DNA from: Chlorokybus atmophyticus
Taxonomy: Eukaryota; Plantae; Mesostigma and Chlorokybus algae
Reading direction: 5' to 3'
Assembly (NCBI GenBank): GCA_009103225.1
Contig: RHPI01001168.1
Location: 373,337 to 437,336 of the forward strand
DNA length: 64,000 bases
The position numbers were made by a program, and so were the translations under genes. The notes beneath the pieces were generated by a model, which saw nothing but the letters and a program-made list of their open reading frames with translations, did no database searches and was not told the DNA's origin. Below, in pieces: positions 49,185-62,512 of the stretch (positions are counted from its first letter, which is position 1; the number at the start of each line of letters is the position of its first letter).

Positions 49185-52100
49185 GTTACAGATAATTAAC
49201 ACTACATTAAAGCCCTAACACTAGGTCAACGGCCCTAGTACGGCATAATTGGCTGTATATACACGGTGGGACCCTTATTTCATCATAAATAAAGGCGGGG
49301 AACCTCCACAGAGGTAGCACTCCGTTACAATAGTCGTGCGGTTATTGACAAATTAACGACAAGGACTGATCAACTTGAACAACTATCGATACTGTTGAAC
49401 ACATCATGTAATATGTCATTTAGTATTATTGTAGTATTTAACGAAGCTGCAGAATTCACATTTGTCCGGGTCTTCTAAATTAATGGAAGCTTTTGTCAGG
49501 TCTGTTAGTTTAAGACCACGGGATTTGAGTCTTGGCCCGACTTATGGGGTCTTGTATGTCTTCATTGGTATCAACTTATTTCACGCTCAAATGCAAATAT
49601 AAATCACGCGGTTGAATTCAAGCGAAGAGTGGCACGGGGTGTTGCTTCAATGCCATTACTGGCATTGCTCTTGTGCCTTATAAATCTGTAACACATGAAT
49701 AAGTAATTGCACAAAGAGGTACATAATATAGGCTGTCACCAATGGTTCCACAAACTATGCATTAATACACACAATATCAATTGAAAGTGATCAGGAACCT
49801 GTGCAGAGTCGGCTTGATGTTACTGCTAGAAGCGGCGCAAGACCCTTGAAATTTTAATAATAATTACAATACCAACATTTTCGTTACGCCTGAGTTCAAA
49901 AAGCTAATGCTTAAAGCATTAGCATTATGTTTTATTGCTGACAACATTTTACATGATTGCTTAAGTTTATGTTTATGATGGGGTAATCTTGATAATTGAT
50001 GGTGGCAATATTTGCCTCTACACTTCATGCAAGTTCATGCTCCATTGCCGTAACGCATTATGATACCACCTCATCACATGCATGCAACAAGTTGTAATGA
50101 ACGCCCCAATCCATATGTTATGGCATGTGTATAATCATGCACATGCTTTTTGTTTCAGCTTCAACAGGCTCGTAAACGTTAAGCTCCGCAGCTCCCATGT
50201 CTTTGAAGGATGTCCTCATTCTTTGAAATCTGCTCAAACATTGCCATAATCAAGTAAACGAACTCCGGTATATTGCGCATGGCAGCTCGCGCAATAAGCG
50301 CTGTTGGAAGTCCTCCATCTTTTATACAACACAATCTGCCTAATGAGGACGGATAACATATGTATTGGCAACATCACGCTTTCCGCTGATTGTTAGTAAG
50401 TCAATTCGATTTTAAGCCAGATCAACCCTTTTATCATGTGTGTTGTAATTGATCTTATTATGCAATGCTATGATAGATGGCATGACATTTGATAAAACAA
50501 TTCACGAAACTCTGGGTGTAATGTGTTAAAACCGTTTTTTGTAAACCTGCTAGCAAAGTATTTACTCTTTTCATAGACACCTTGATAAGTCCATGACTAT
50601 TGCGCCGTCAAATCTTGGTATCTCATGCATATAATGCTTCCACTTTGAGATGTGCTGCCGCATTTTTAAAGTAATTGTGATGAACAAATCATTATTGGCT
50701 AGCGTGTCAATTACTGTAGCATTATAAACTATCCGTCAATGCAGTAATCACAAGTTGAAAAGGGATGACTATAAAGTAAATACAACTTGAATTAATAATC
50801 CTCTTGTTCTACACGAAACCACGAGTTCCATCAATGGTCTGTTTGAATGTTACCAACCTTCAATGCATTACATATGTTTGTGCACCCATTTTGAAATGGA
50901 TGATGACAGCGCGAACGCTTGGAGAAATAGCCATACAATGTTAGTAACAGACACCTTAATGGATCAATAGTTGTGTCGAGGCTCTTCATTGAAGTGATTG
51001 CATACGTGCGTGCATTCGTGCATGTGTGCGATGTGTTTACAAGTTGTTATACAGTAACCAGTGTACCATTAAACATAACCACAAATATGTTTGCCAACAA
51101 CTATTTCTCAATTAACATTTTCGGCTGATGATGCATAATGTAGTGTACCACAATGCATTGATATAGTCATCATATACTTATGGTACATAACAACCATATT
51201 ACTAGTGTGGTAGTACTCATGTGTAATCCAATTGTATTTAAGGCCCTTAAATATTATTATTATCAAGTAATACTGTATAGCTGTTTGCACTGTATTGCAT
51301 ATCATTGATTCTGTTTTAATTAGCGAGGTGTCAACAATGATACCTTATTGCTTATGTTGCATACTTCAAGGTAGGTACCACAGATACTTATAGGTAGGTA
51401 ATCTCACCATGCTTTGGCAGTAAGTTGTTTTTTCACAATGACGTTTCTACTGTGTTTTTTTATTTATAAGAGAATTTCAGCGACAATGCAGATATTCAAT
51501 GTTCCGGCGATTATTTACATAACATGCAATGTAGTTACACATGCATGGGAACAGCAGTCTCAAGCTCTTGTAATTCCCATAAGCATGATCTTACATCAAC
51601 GATACTTATGTTTAATGCACGTTGACGTCCACATCATCTATGATAAAGATATTGCTAATGCAATAGCTTGTATATTGCATAATTAAGATTATACCAACAA
51701 GTGGCAAGCAAGAAGGGTATTGGTTTCCAACTATTACTACACGCATAATGGTCAGCGGGATTGTACTACATGACGATCAATGCGATCAACTTGCGAGACT
51801 TGGCTGCAGCCCAAATGTGCTGCATACCACGCTCACTAACATGTATATTGTTCAAAGGCTTTGCTACTTCCTTGTTAAACAGGAAGGAACGCGGCACACA
51901 CGCACGCAAGCACAAACAGCACCTATGCACAAACTCGCACGGGCGGTTGCACTCACATGCACTTGCAGAAGAGCACGCCGCGGCTTGTCTCGTGCAATCA
52001 TCCACAGCAGCCTTGCAGGTGTTGTGTTGCTGCCAGCACAATGGCACTGTACAGATGCACCACAGCACGTGACACGGTTCGCCTAGTCCCCTTGTAACAT

Positions 52101-52194
52101 GTTACGACCACAGTCATGCTTGCCGCAACACGCTCACAGCACATCGCTGTACAAAGCAGCACGACTCTGTGTCTCACTCGCGCGCGCCTCTCTC

Positions 52195-52584
52195 TCAGTC
52201 GACGGAGGGGTTCTGCAGGACGATGAGGATGTAGTCGTTGGCGGGGGCCACGATGATCTCGTGCTTGCGGGAACGCACGCGCAGCACGCTCAGGTCGTCG
52301 TCCGCGGCGGCGGCAGCGCCGGCGGCAGCGTCTCCCCCCCTGGCTGCTGCTGCGGCGGCGGACAGCTCCCTCACCACGGCGCGTGCCTTGTGCGCCAGGT
52401 GGGTGAGGAGCGCCGCGTGCTGCACCGTGGCCGCCTTGTCCAGCGTGGTGCGGATGGGCACGCCGTCGCTGCTCACAACCACGCTGCCCAGCACACCGCG
52501 GTGGGACGCGATGCGCTTCAGCGCCTCCTCCACCTCACCCGCAGCGGCGGCTGACGCCGACCCCGACGTCATCGTGCTCGACAT
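52195..52584 (-). CDS. DYNLRB: Dynein light chain Roadblock/LC7 family protein, intronless
   Basis: EVEEALKRIASHRGVLGSVVVSSDGVPIRTTLD...DDDLSVLRVRSRKHEIIVAP.NDYILIVLQNP; first ATG at 52584. Confidence 0.93.
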   Translation of the reverse strand: MSSTMTSGSASAAAAGEVEEALKRIASHRGVLGSVVVSSDGVPIRTTLDKAATVQHAALLTHLAHKARAVVRELSAAAAAARGGDAAAGAAAAADDDLSVLRVRSRKHEIIVAPANDYILIVLQNPSVD

Positions 52585-53344
52585 CCTGCTCTGCTCTGTG
52601 CGTGCACGCTCCTTGTTGTGGTGTGGTGTGGAGCGGGTGTCAAGGAGGGATGCCGGCCCTGTCACGCACTGCGATGCCAGTCAGGCAGGTGGGCGATGGC
52701 CAGTACAGTAGAAACAACACGACCTCATGCGAGGCGGCAACAAAGCACAAGGTGAGGCCGAGCGGAGCAAGGAGGCACGAGCGCAGGAGCAGGAGAACGT
52801 GGAACACACTGTTTGAGTGCATGAGGCTAGGGACACAAGAGCAGCACACGGTCTTGAGACACCATGCCAAGCACAACCAGTAACGGTGCAAGCAAAAGAG
52901 GCAGGCAGCGATTTGCATGAGAGAGCAAGGTGGACACGTAATCAAAGTACTTTGTTGGATAGAATCTGGGTTGCCTTAACCTGGCTGCTAGCCAACAACA
53001 CATGCAACTCTTGTTGGTAGTTGCGTGCGTTTGTGCCTGAGCACAACACAACACGCTATGGATGATATCCTGTCGGCTTGCCTTGTGATGCTGCCTGACG
53101 CAGAGATGCCGCGCAGCCCTTGAGCCCTCGACCAGATCGCCCTACCCACTACTCCCTCTCATCCCTACCGCCGCCGCCGCCGCCGCCCTCACGTGCGTGT
53201 GCTTTCCCCCTGGCGCAGTCGTTGGTTGGTTTGCGGAAGTCACGCGCGTCGCGCGTCACGCCACACGCGAGGGCGTGACGTGACCAGCAAGAGATATCTG
53301 TGGACCCACTCGCCGAGCGTGTGGATAACAAGAAGGCGGCGGCG

Positions 53345-55360
53345 ATGGCCATGGCGACGGCGGCCGTCGTCGTCGTCGGGGTCAGCACCACGCTTAGACT
53401 CCGCGTCTCGGCCTCAACCTCCTGCTCCTCCGTCGCAGCTGCTGCCTGTGAGCGGACATGGGCGTGCACCACCACGTGCATGGCATGGCTGGCACGTGGG
53501 ACCACATTCCTCTTGCTGAGGCTGTGTGCATGCTGTGATGCTCTTAGTTGCAGCCGTAACAGCAAGTGGGCACCATTGAGCCTGCCAGGGCGAACCACGC
53601 AAACATGATGAATGCATTGTCGAGTTGTTGCAACTAGATGACGAGCAAGCATCACTAATGTTTCCCCACCTAGTTGCTTGTACCAAAAGCAGGTCTGCTT
53701 GCACACAACAAACACTTCTCGCCTAAGACCTGAGGTTGCCTCATCACTGTGAGCCACCCCTGCACTTACTGCATTATTCATTCCACGCTGTCTGCTTGTG
53801 TTTCCTGCACAAAGGCAAGCAGACAGCCGTGATGGCGGATGAGCACCACAGTTGCCTGAGCAGTTCTCAATGCATGCACTCATGTCTACTACTGCTACTC
53901 TGTGTAATGCTGTGTGAGTTTGGCCAGGCAGGGCGAACGCACAAGCCCGGAGGCCGCTTCTGGCGGCGCTCCACAGACCCAACAGGTCGTTGGCCGCAGC
54001 GGGAAGAAGAAGCAGGCGTGTGTCACACCACAACCACCATGGCGCGTACACGGTTACGCGAGCCATGGCCGCCTCGGCCCCAGCTGCAGCGGAACCCGAC
54101 GCTGCCGCAAAGCAGCAGGTGTGTCGATGTGGATGATGGGGGAGGGAGGAGGAGCGTGTCCTGTAACAATGGATGGTTGTGTATGCAGTTGGTTAGGGAG
54201 GTGCGCGCAATGCTGGCGGCAGACGCGAGCGTGCCGGATGTGGGGGAGGGTGGGGACGCCACCGTGGCGTGGTTCTTGCGCGACAGGCGCTGGGACCCCA
54301 CCGCCGCCACCACCAAGCTGGCCAAGATGCTGGTAACGTGTATGTCTAGCTTGCTGGCCCTCGCTCTCTTTCGCGCTACATACACTTGTGTATGGTCATA
54401 ACCATACCTGCGTACACACACCGCCGCACGTATGCACGCACGCACGCACCTCTCTCACTGCGTGCGTGCGTCTGTCTGAGTGTGCATGTGTCTGTCTAAG
54501 TGGGCGTGCATATGCATGCAGAGGTGGAGGCGCGATTTCGGCGTGGCGTCAATTACGCCAGAGGCCATTGCGCAGGAGAGCGCCACGGGGAAGGCCTTTT
54601 TGCACACGCACAAGGACGTCCAGGGCCGCCCTGTCGTGGTCGTTGATGCCGCCAAGCACTTCCCGTCGGTGCGTGCAGAGCAGTGGTGGACCCGGCCGTT
54701 GCAGCAGAGCAGCCCAACCGTCTGACCGACTGATGCGACGATGCTTTCGCAGGAGGAGAGGTTTGATGCCAGCTGTCGCCTGTGTGCGTATCTGGTAGAG
54801 AATGCGATTGCACAGCTGCCCCCGGGCAAGGAGCAGTTCCTTGGGATCTTTGCACTCAAGGGCTTCGCGCCAGGCAACGCCGACTGGGCCTTTGTCAAGT
54901 TCCTGGTACGTGTCTCACGACACAGTGTTGGGCCAAAGCAAGCGCTCGGTGTTTGAGCCTCAGGATTGGGGCCGCGCATAGGGAGTAACGGGAGTAGTGT
55001 CATTCAAGTTCTCACATTGACCCAAGCGTACTGCCTGCTTAGATCAACATCTTCTTCGACTATTACCCGAAGAGGCTGGGGCAGGTGCTGTTTGTGGACG
55101 CACCTCTCATCTTCCGCACTGGCTTTGCCATGGTCAAGCCCATGCTCAAGTCCTACGCCACCTTGGTGAGTTGGATGACAACACCAAATGGCCGTACATT
55201 CTTTGAGTGGACGAGTACACCAATGGGAGTATACTCACAGCTCTGCGCTCTATTTACAATCATGCTGACAGTCAGCGCTGTGTAGGTGAGGTTCTGCTCA
55301 ACAGAGGAATTGCGTCGGGAGTACTTTACACCAGATACTGTGCCTGACTTGTTTAGATGA
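53345..55360 (+). CDS. CRAL-TRIO (Sec14-like) lipid-binding protein, multi-exon; 5' exons uncertain
   Basis: Exons with GT-AG borders encode WFLRDRRWD (54189-54332), RWRRDF..GKAFLH..DVQGRPVVVV (54522-54668), LPPGKEQFLGIF, FDYYPKRLGQVLFVDAP..F..VKPML and VRFCS..ELRREYF*. The N-terminus resembles a transit peptide. Confidence 0.82.
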
Positions 55361-55487
55361 CATGCCTGACACCGTGCCATATTTTAGACATTGTGAAATT
55401 CATCGACCATGAATGCATTGATTATAGGTATTATAGGCACACCTGATGCACCTTGAGCATCTTGTTGAGCAGCACTGCTGGAAAATA

Positions 55488-58400
55488 CTACGAGTGAGAA
55501 CCTGCTGCCTGTACTGCATTTCGCAGCGGTTGCAACTCATCTACTAGCTGCTGTCTCAGGCTCGCGCAAGCATCCGCATCCTTTTCTGTCAACAATTGCA
55601 CAACACCACTATGAAACCGCTGCAAGAGTTCAAAACTCTCTTCTGGAATGTCACCCTGCAGCTTGGCAATAGCTGCTGTGAGTGCACGACCGGGAGCATT
55701 CAATATGGAACCATACACCTGCAAGCAGACACGAATTATCAGCTGGTTGAGAAGCTGCAAGACACATCTTCAAACATTGTGTGCACGCAAGCCACGCACA
55801 CACTAGAGCAAATGGCACATGGTGGGCAACACGTAACAAACTTGCCTGAGCAAACAGCAAGGCCACAGCTAAAGACAGCGCTTCCGGTGGAGACTGCTCT
55901 GTAGCTAGTTGTGCGTTGAAGGTCTTCCGATGGATATGTACAAAGGTGCGCTCCGCCTTCTTGTCCAACTGCTTGAGCCTGATTCCACAACTAATTGCGC
56001 ATTGCTGAAACGCTTCCATGAAGGCGGCAACCTCTTTGCTTCCGAGGGCCTCCACAACAGCCAGTGCAGAGTTCACAGTTTCCTTTGGCATCTGGCGAGC
56101 ACTTGTCGTGCGCTCTGATGGGGCCAATGGTGTATTTATATTGTTACTGGCATCATGCTCGAAAGCTGCCGACTGGGACCTCAGCAACAGGTCGGTGGCC
56201 TCTGTGGCAAGCGTGCGCAGGAGGTGCCGCTGGATCACAGCACTTGTGGCCTCGTCGTCCTCAAACACGTCCGCACCATGAGCACCCAGCTGAAGTTCCG
56301 TGTACACCTCATCAAGGCGGCGCAGCAGCGCTTCTTGCTGTTTCCTTCGAGCCTCGTCACCAGTTGACAGCACAGCCTTCATTTGTCCTTCCCAGACTGA
56401 CGCCATGGCTGGTTGAAGGTGGCTCACAACCTCTGTCGCAAGCTCCTGTGCCCCTGCAAGACAGACTATGTCAGGAATTAGTTGTTCCCACGATCTGCCA
56501 TGTACCCAATGCTTAGCACATACCTCCATCGTCCAGGGTTGATTGTCGTCCAACCAAAATTGTCACTAACTCGATGGCTGTTGGGAAACCATTTGAGCTA
56601 CTGGTTTGCTCCTTGGCATTGACTGCCACTAATTTTGGCACTTTTGGCGTGGCCTTGGTCTTGGCGGCTTTGCCACCCTTCTTTTTGGACTTCTGCTTGC
56701 CCCAATCCACATCGTCGTCGTCGTCTTCATCCTGTGTTTGTTTGGGCGCTGGAAGGGCTTTGCTGCCCTTCTCCTTGCCACCAACAATGGTCACCTCCTG
56801 TGGGTCACCACTCGCAGCGCTGCCAGCAGAGGCTGCACCGGCAGACTGCGCTTTGCTCTGGTTTGTGATGCGGGCCAGCGCGGCCTTCTCGGCCAGGACG
56901 CGTACTTCGCTTTCAAGCTGCTGTTTGCAGTTGTTGAGGAACGCATCACTTACAGCGCATGTCCCCGCCATCAGGTGTGCACTGCGGGCTTTTTGAGCCG
57001 CCTGAAGCGAGCTGCATGCAGCTATCAGTTGCACTGTGTCGGACTTGGAGAAAGCTGTGGGCATCAGCTGGCTGAGATCAACCCAGGTGCCAGAGCTTAC
57101 GGCGTCTTCGACAGCGGACTCCAGCTGAGAAAAAAGCAGAGAGCCCACGAACACCGTGCCAAGGGCTGTGCCATCAGGGTACAAGGACTGCATGTACTTG
57201 GCTGGCTGAGGGATAGCAAGCTTCTGCAGCACTTCGTACCCAACGTACCCATTCTGCTCAAAAAACGCTTTCACACTCTCTCGTTGCGTTTGTTGGAATA
57301 TAGCAGGCACCCAAGAAACATCGCCTCTAAGGGTGCCCTGCGCCGCCCCCTCAGCGACTAAGCCTTCCAGCAGAGATTTGCTGAGAGAGCTGTTGGCAAT
57401 GGTGCCAAGCGCATCACCCGCATCCAGCTCAACATTTATGCTGTTCAGTGCTGACAGGATTGAGGCCACAGTGGTTGGCACGGTCGTGGCCCGCAGCGCA
57501 CCTCGCATCTGCAGGAAAATTTGTATTGATTTTGAAGGCTGTTGTAGAGCGAACAGTACATGCGATTCAGCAGATGTACGATATCAAGAAACTTTGCAGA
57601 GACCTGTCCCTTCAGTCGTGCAATGTACGTGGGAGTGTACAGTTGACCTGCCTCCATGAAGCCATGAACCTGCATGGAGAATGAAGCCTTGCATTATGAC
57701 ATGGCCGAAGCCTGTGGCTGGACAACGTTGAAGTATGTCGCACACTCTCACAGGTCCGGTTCTGCTGACCTGGGTGCCCAGTCGACTCTCAATCTGCGAC
57801 CTCATTTGTTCCGAACTAGAATTGAACCGGCGCGCCAATTCTCCAATTGCCACCTATCGCGGCAGCTGGCTTCAATTGCACCGCAGTGGATCAACCATTG
57901 TGTACTGCGCATTCAACCAGTCATTACCTGCCCGGCCTCTTGCAGTAACTCTTCAACCTCAGCAGCAACGCCATCCCAATAGCCGGCTGTGATAAGGTCT
58001 CTGCGCAAGAGTGATTGAACGTCAACATGCTGATGCTGCCGCTTGCTTGGTAGCATGAGTGTTTGAAAGGGATCCACCACTCACCCTTGCAACAGAGTGA
58101 CGGTAGGATCCTCAGCGACCAGCTGAGCAGCCTGTCAAAGTTCAATGTGAGTAAGCAATGCAGCAGGCGCATGGGCTTGCATAAAACAATGGCGATGAAC
58201 AGACACCAGCTGGACAATTCAACCACGACCAACAAGGCACACAAGCACCATGTCTGCCCAATAAGATATCTGCATACTATGCAAACGAACGATGCACACA
58301 TGGTTACAGCACCTGCTTTTCGCAATGGGCCAGATCAACGCCGATGTCTGCAGCGAGGTCCACAAGCGACACCCGGCCTCCATGAAGGCGCACCTGCCAC

Positions 58401-59216
58401 ACGCACAGAGCTGCAGTGGCGGTGTGTCTGCAACATACGACAACAGCCATCACGACCAGATCGCAGCTTGCTATTCACGCCAGCCATGCGATCTTGCTTA
58501 AATGCTAGCACAACCGCACCTGGTCCCGCACTTCCTGTGCAAGCCGCTTTTGCGTCAAGTACTCCTGCATGGCAACATGGAGTGAGCAGAAACAAGAACA
58601 ACCTGCTAGTTAATGTTTTCAAGCATCCATGCAGTAACCCGTTTCCCGTTTGCTCGTGACGGGAGAACAGTGCGGATGCTTCATTGCTGATACAGTGTAC
58701 TCATGCATGCAAGGCAATGAGATACTTCACATTGGCACCCACCCATACCACACAGGTATGCGGATCATGCAAGTAGTTCGTCTCTGCATATATTTCATAA
58801 CAGTTGGACTCTGATATCTGCCTGCTGGCGATCAATCTCAATGTGACAACGACGTCGGCGCATAGGCCTTTCGACGTGACTGCATCCACGCTGACCTTGC
58901 CGGTGACAGTGTGTAGCAAGTCGTCTTCAAGAAGCCCGAGGGCTTTCAGCTTGTTGATCTGCACAAAGACAACCAAATGTGGGCAACGCAACGACACACC
59001 CACCGTGCATGCATTGCCAAGTTTGACACGATGCTCACAGCATGCCACTAAGCGGACTGATCAGCAGCAGGCAGTTCCTATACAAACTGTCACTGCCACC
59101 AGCATGCAGCACACACCGCTCACCAGTTCCACGACGTTACGCTCGGACAGCTTTGCGGACGCCTTGACAGCCTGCGCGGACTGCAGCGCAGCCTGCAGTG
59201 CCAGCAGCTCCTCCAT
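55488..59216 (-). CDS. UFL1: E3 UFM1-protein ligase 1, multi-exon
   Basis: MEELLALQAALQSAQ..KLSERNVVELV, KLKALGLLEDDLLHTVTGK, IGELARRFN, YTPTYIARLKGQ.RGALRA, FFEQNGY and the acidic/Lys-rich DDDVDWGKQKSKKKGGK segment. Confidence 0.93.
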
Positions 59217-59254
59217 GCCTGCCGACACCGCCTCGTTCCTCACACATCCTCCGC

Positions 59255-59285
59255 AGGGTTAGGGCTGTGGTTAGGGTTAGGGTTT
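59255..59285. promoter_or_regulatory. Telo-box-like (TTAGGG)n / TAGGGTTT motifs in the divergent UFL1-BTS promoter (second TAGGGTTT at 59573-59580)
   Basis: AGGGTTAGGG...GGTTAGGGTTAGGGTTT about 40-70 bp upstream of the UFL1 ATG; function inferred. Confidence 0.6.
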
Positions 59286-59586
59286 TTCCTTTAGATATCG
59301 GGCGTCATAAAGGGCCGATATCTTCGCCACGTGTAAGTGCGTGCGGGGGTCAGAAGCGCGTGGTGGCCAAACGCCCGATCTCTCTCTCTCGCTCCGAAAG
59401 ACGCACCAAGCTAGCTGCAAGCCCAGGCGAAGGCGGAGGCGGGCCAAGCACGGAGCAGCCAGCGGGCCAGCTGGCAAGGACGACCCTCCCCTTCCTGCTC
59501 CCCCCCACACCTCCTGCGTGCTCGCCACGAGCGACACAGGGAAGCAGCAGGTGGCTGTCGCTTGGAACTGGCTAGGGTTTGGGGGC

Positions 59587-62512
59587 ATGGAGGCTGCGCA
59601 TGGGGCAGCAGCTGGAGGCGTGGGGGTAGGAGCGGAGAGCAGAGGAGGAGCAGGGGGACTGATAGGGTTGCTGCCGTCGCAGCTGCGGCCGCCTCTACCC
59701 CTGCTGGTAGAGGCGGCGGCCGTCGCCCCCTCTACCTCCGCCGCCACGCCGCCGCACATGGGCGCCATTGTCGGACAGCTGCCTCCAGTGAGGAGGAGGA
59801 TCAGCCACCACCAATATCAGCATCAGCACAATGGCGACTACCACCACCACAACGGCACCAACAGCAGCCATGCAGGGGAGGGGAACCAGAGCACAACATC
59901 ATCAACAACCACTGCCACAGGCAGCAGCAAATCCCGGGGTAACCCAATTGACCACATCTTCCAGTTCCACAAGGCCATTCGGATAGAGCTGGAGCAGCTG
60001 GAGCAGGCTGCCTGCCGGTTGGTGGAGGTCGCCGCCCAGCAAGCGGAGGCGGGCAGCGGCGAGAGCGATGAGCAGGTGGAGGAGAGCCAGCGCCACTTCG
60101 CCGGCCGCTTCCACTTCCTCTGGGGCATGTACAGGGCGCACAGCAATGCCGAGGACGAGATTGTGTTCCCCGCGCTTGAAGCCAAAGAGGCCCTCCACAA
60201 TGTCAGCCACAGCTATGTGCTCGATCACAAGCAGGAGGAGCAGCTTTTTGAGAACGTGTCGCAGCTCCTCACGCAGCTCAAACTCAGCAGCACACACGTG
60301 GAGGAACAAGGAGGGGGGCCTTCTCTGCCTCCCAGCCATCGCCTCGCCATGCTCGCATACCTGCCACCCATGTGCGCCGCCATCCGTGTGAGGTCAGCAG
60401 GCACTGCGATGCTGGCATGCTTGCATGCACGCAGACAGCAATCGGCAACCATCAAACACATACACAGGCTCACAGACCCACTTGCGAGTTTGGTGGTTAA
60501 GGCGTGTGTGTTGCACGTAGTGCATGTGTTGACAATGGGATTACGCACACACTGCTTGACAGGCAAGCATTTGTTATGTGCGCAGTCTGGATCGTCATGT
60601 TGGCAGTGAGGAGAGGGAGCTATGGCCGCTTTTTAGCACGCACTTCACCATTGGCGAACAGGAGGATATTGTGGGGCAAATTGTTGGCCACACCGGCGCT
60701 GAGGTGTTGCAAGCTATGCTTCCATTTGTCACAACAGCACTCACAGATGAAGAACAGGTACTTGCTACATGTATAACTTGCATACGAGGTGTTGTTCTCA
60801 AGCAGTGGGTCGAATGGTGTGGAGTTGCTCAATGCCAAGTTTCTTTCCTACTTGACAGGTGGAAATGATGGACAGTATACTTGATGCAACACGCCACACA
60901 TCTTTTGACCAATGGCTTTCTGCTTGGTGGCGGAACCAGTCAGATACATCAGCTGATGGCACCACGAGCAAACTGACAACGATTGCATCAGCACCTTCGT
61001 ATAGTGAGCCTATCAAAGACATTGCCAATTACCTCGCGATGTCGAATGGTGGAGTGGATCCAATGGATTGTGACGAGCAGGCTTACAACAGTCGAACAGC
61101 CGGTGATGAGCCTGGTGTCTCACCAGCGGGGAGTTTGCGCGAGGCCGGGTTCAAGCCCGGATGGCAGGACATTTTCAGAATGAACCAGCGCGAACTTGAG
61201 GCAGCCATCCGTCGCGTTTCAAATGACCCGTTGCTTGATCCGAAACGGAAGGCCTATCTCATGCAGAACCTCATGGCCTCAAGGTGGATTGTCGCACAGC
61301 AGAAGCACAATGCAGAGTCAGAGTCAATGTTAAAACCGGGTAAGTGCACACTGCTTGCTTCCAAGTCGAAGTTGACGCACAGATTGTACGAGCAGAGCGC
61401 TCAATGTCGGTGTTCACTGAAAACAGATGCAATGAAGACATGGCGAGACAAGGACAAGGGTATACTCGGTTGCAGCCACTATGCACGATCCTGCCGTCTA
61501 GTGGCGGCCTGTTGTGGCAAGGTGGTGACTTGTCGGTTCTGTCATGACGAGACTTCAAACCACCAGATGAACCGACAAGCCACAACGCACATGGTACGCA
61601 AACAGTGCCGCTTGCCACTGATGGCTGCCATACAAGACATGGTGCAAACAGTTGCATGTTGCAGGTGTGCATGCACTGCGGTGTGCGGCAACCAGTGCAA
61701 CAGCATTGCGCCACGCCTACCTGCGGCAAGCAAATGGCCAGATACTACTGCAGCATCTGCAAGTTTTTTGACGATGACAGCTCGAGAGAAATATACCACT
61801 GTCCATTCTGCAACCTCTGCCGTGTTGGCAAGGTAACATCTGCCACTTTCTTTAGTCAGTGTGGGGCGCAAACGTTGGATCGTCAAAAGCATGGGAGGTT
61901 GATGCTTGCCAGTGTGGTTGGTTGGACAGTTTTGGACACACATGAGAAAGTGCGAGTTGGGGGCGGGGAGTGTAGAAAACTGTAGTAATTGTGTGGTGCT
62001 GACAGGGTCTGGGAGTGGATGCGTTCCACTGCATGTCGTGCAACGCCTGCATGTCGCTCTCCTTGCGCAATCACCAGTGTCGCGAGCGGTCGCTGGAGAG
62101 CGATTGCCCTATCTGCCACGACTACCTGTTCACATCAAAGCAACCAGTGAAAGCCTTGCGCTGTGGACACTTCATGCATTCCACCTGCTTTCAGGCAAGG
62201 GTCGTCATGTTGAGATACAGCAGTACAGACAGCGGCATGTTGAGGGTATCGTATCTTTACATCTGCTGTTGTGTACAGGCATATACAAAGGAGCATTACA
62301 CATGCCCAGTTTGCAGCAAGTCCCTGGGAGACATGACTGTTTATTTCCGCATGCTGGACGCCCTTCTGGCCACTGAGCAGCTTCCAGACGAGTATCGCAG
62401 CCGGACGCAGAACATACTGTGCAACGACTGCGAGATGCGCGGCACCGCACCTTTTCATTTTGTCTACTTCAAGTGCACAGCTTGCGGGTCGTACAACACC
62501 CGCCCCATTTGA
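59587..62512 (+). CDS. BTS: BRUTUS/HRZ-like hemerythrin-CHY zinc finger-RING E3 ubiquitin ligase, multi-exon
   Basis: Hemerythrin: [13 protein letters not shown]...[34 protein letters not shown]. Linker: [16 protein letters not shown]: [21 protein letters not shown]: [16 protein letters not shown]...CPVC. Zn-ribbon: CNDC...KCTACGSYN. Start ATG uncertain. Confidence 0.92.

Noticed and set aside
49900-50950. Possible second CMC/Plavaka-like transposase relic on the minus strand (HEIPRFDG, KHVHDYTHAITYG)
   Set aside because: Only two short resemblances amid many stops; not supportable without a profile search.
59255-59285. TTAGGG repeats as a telomere or chromosome-fusion scar
   Set aside because: There are only about four interrupted units, located in a promoter, so they were treated as telo-boxes.
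59341-59586. ORF-track start (GTG at 59341) as the N-terminus of the BTS-like protein
   Set aside because: It is a non-ATG start within the shared promoter; the first in-frame ATG is at 59587.
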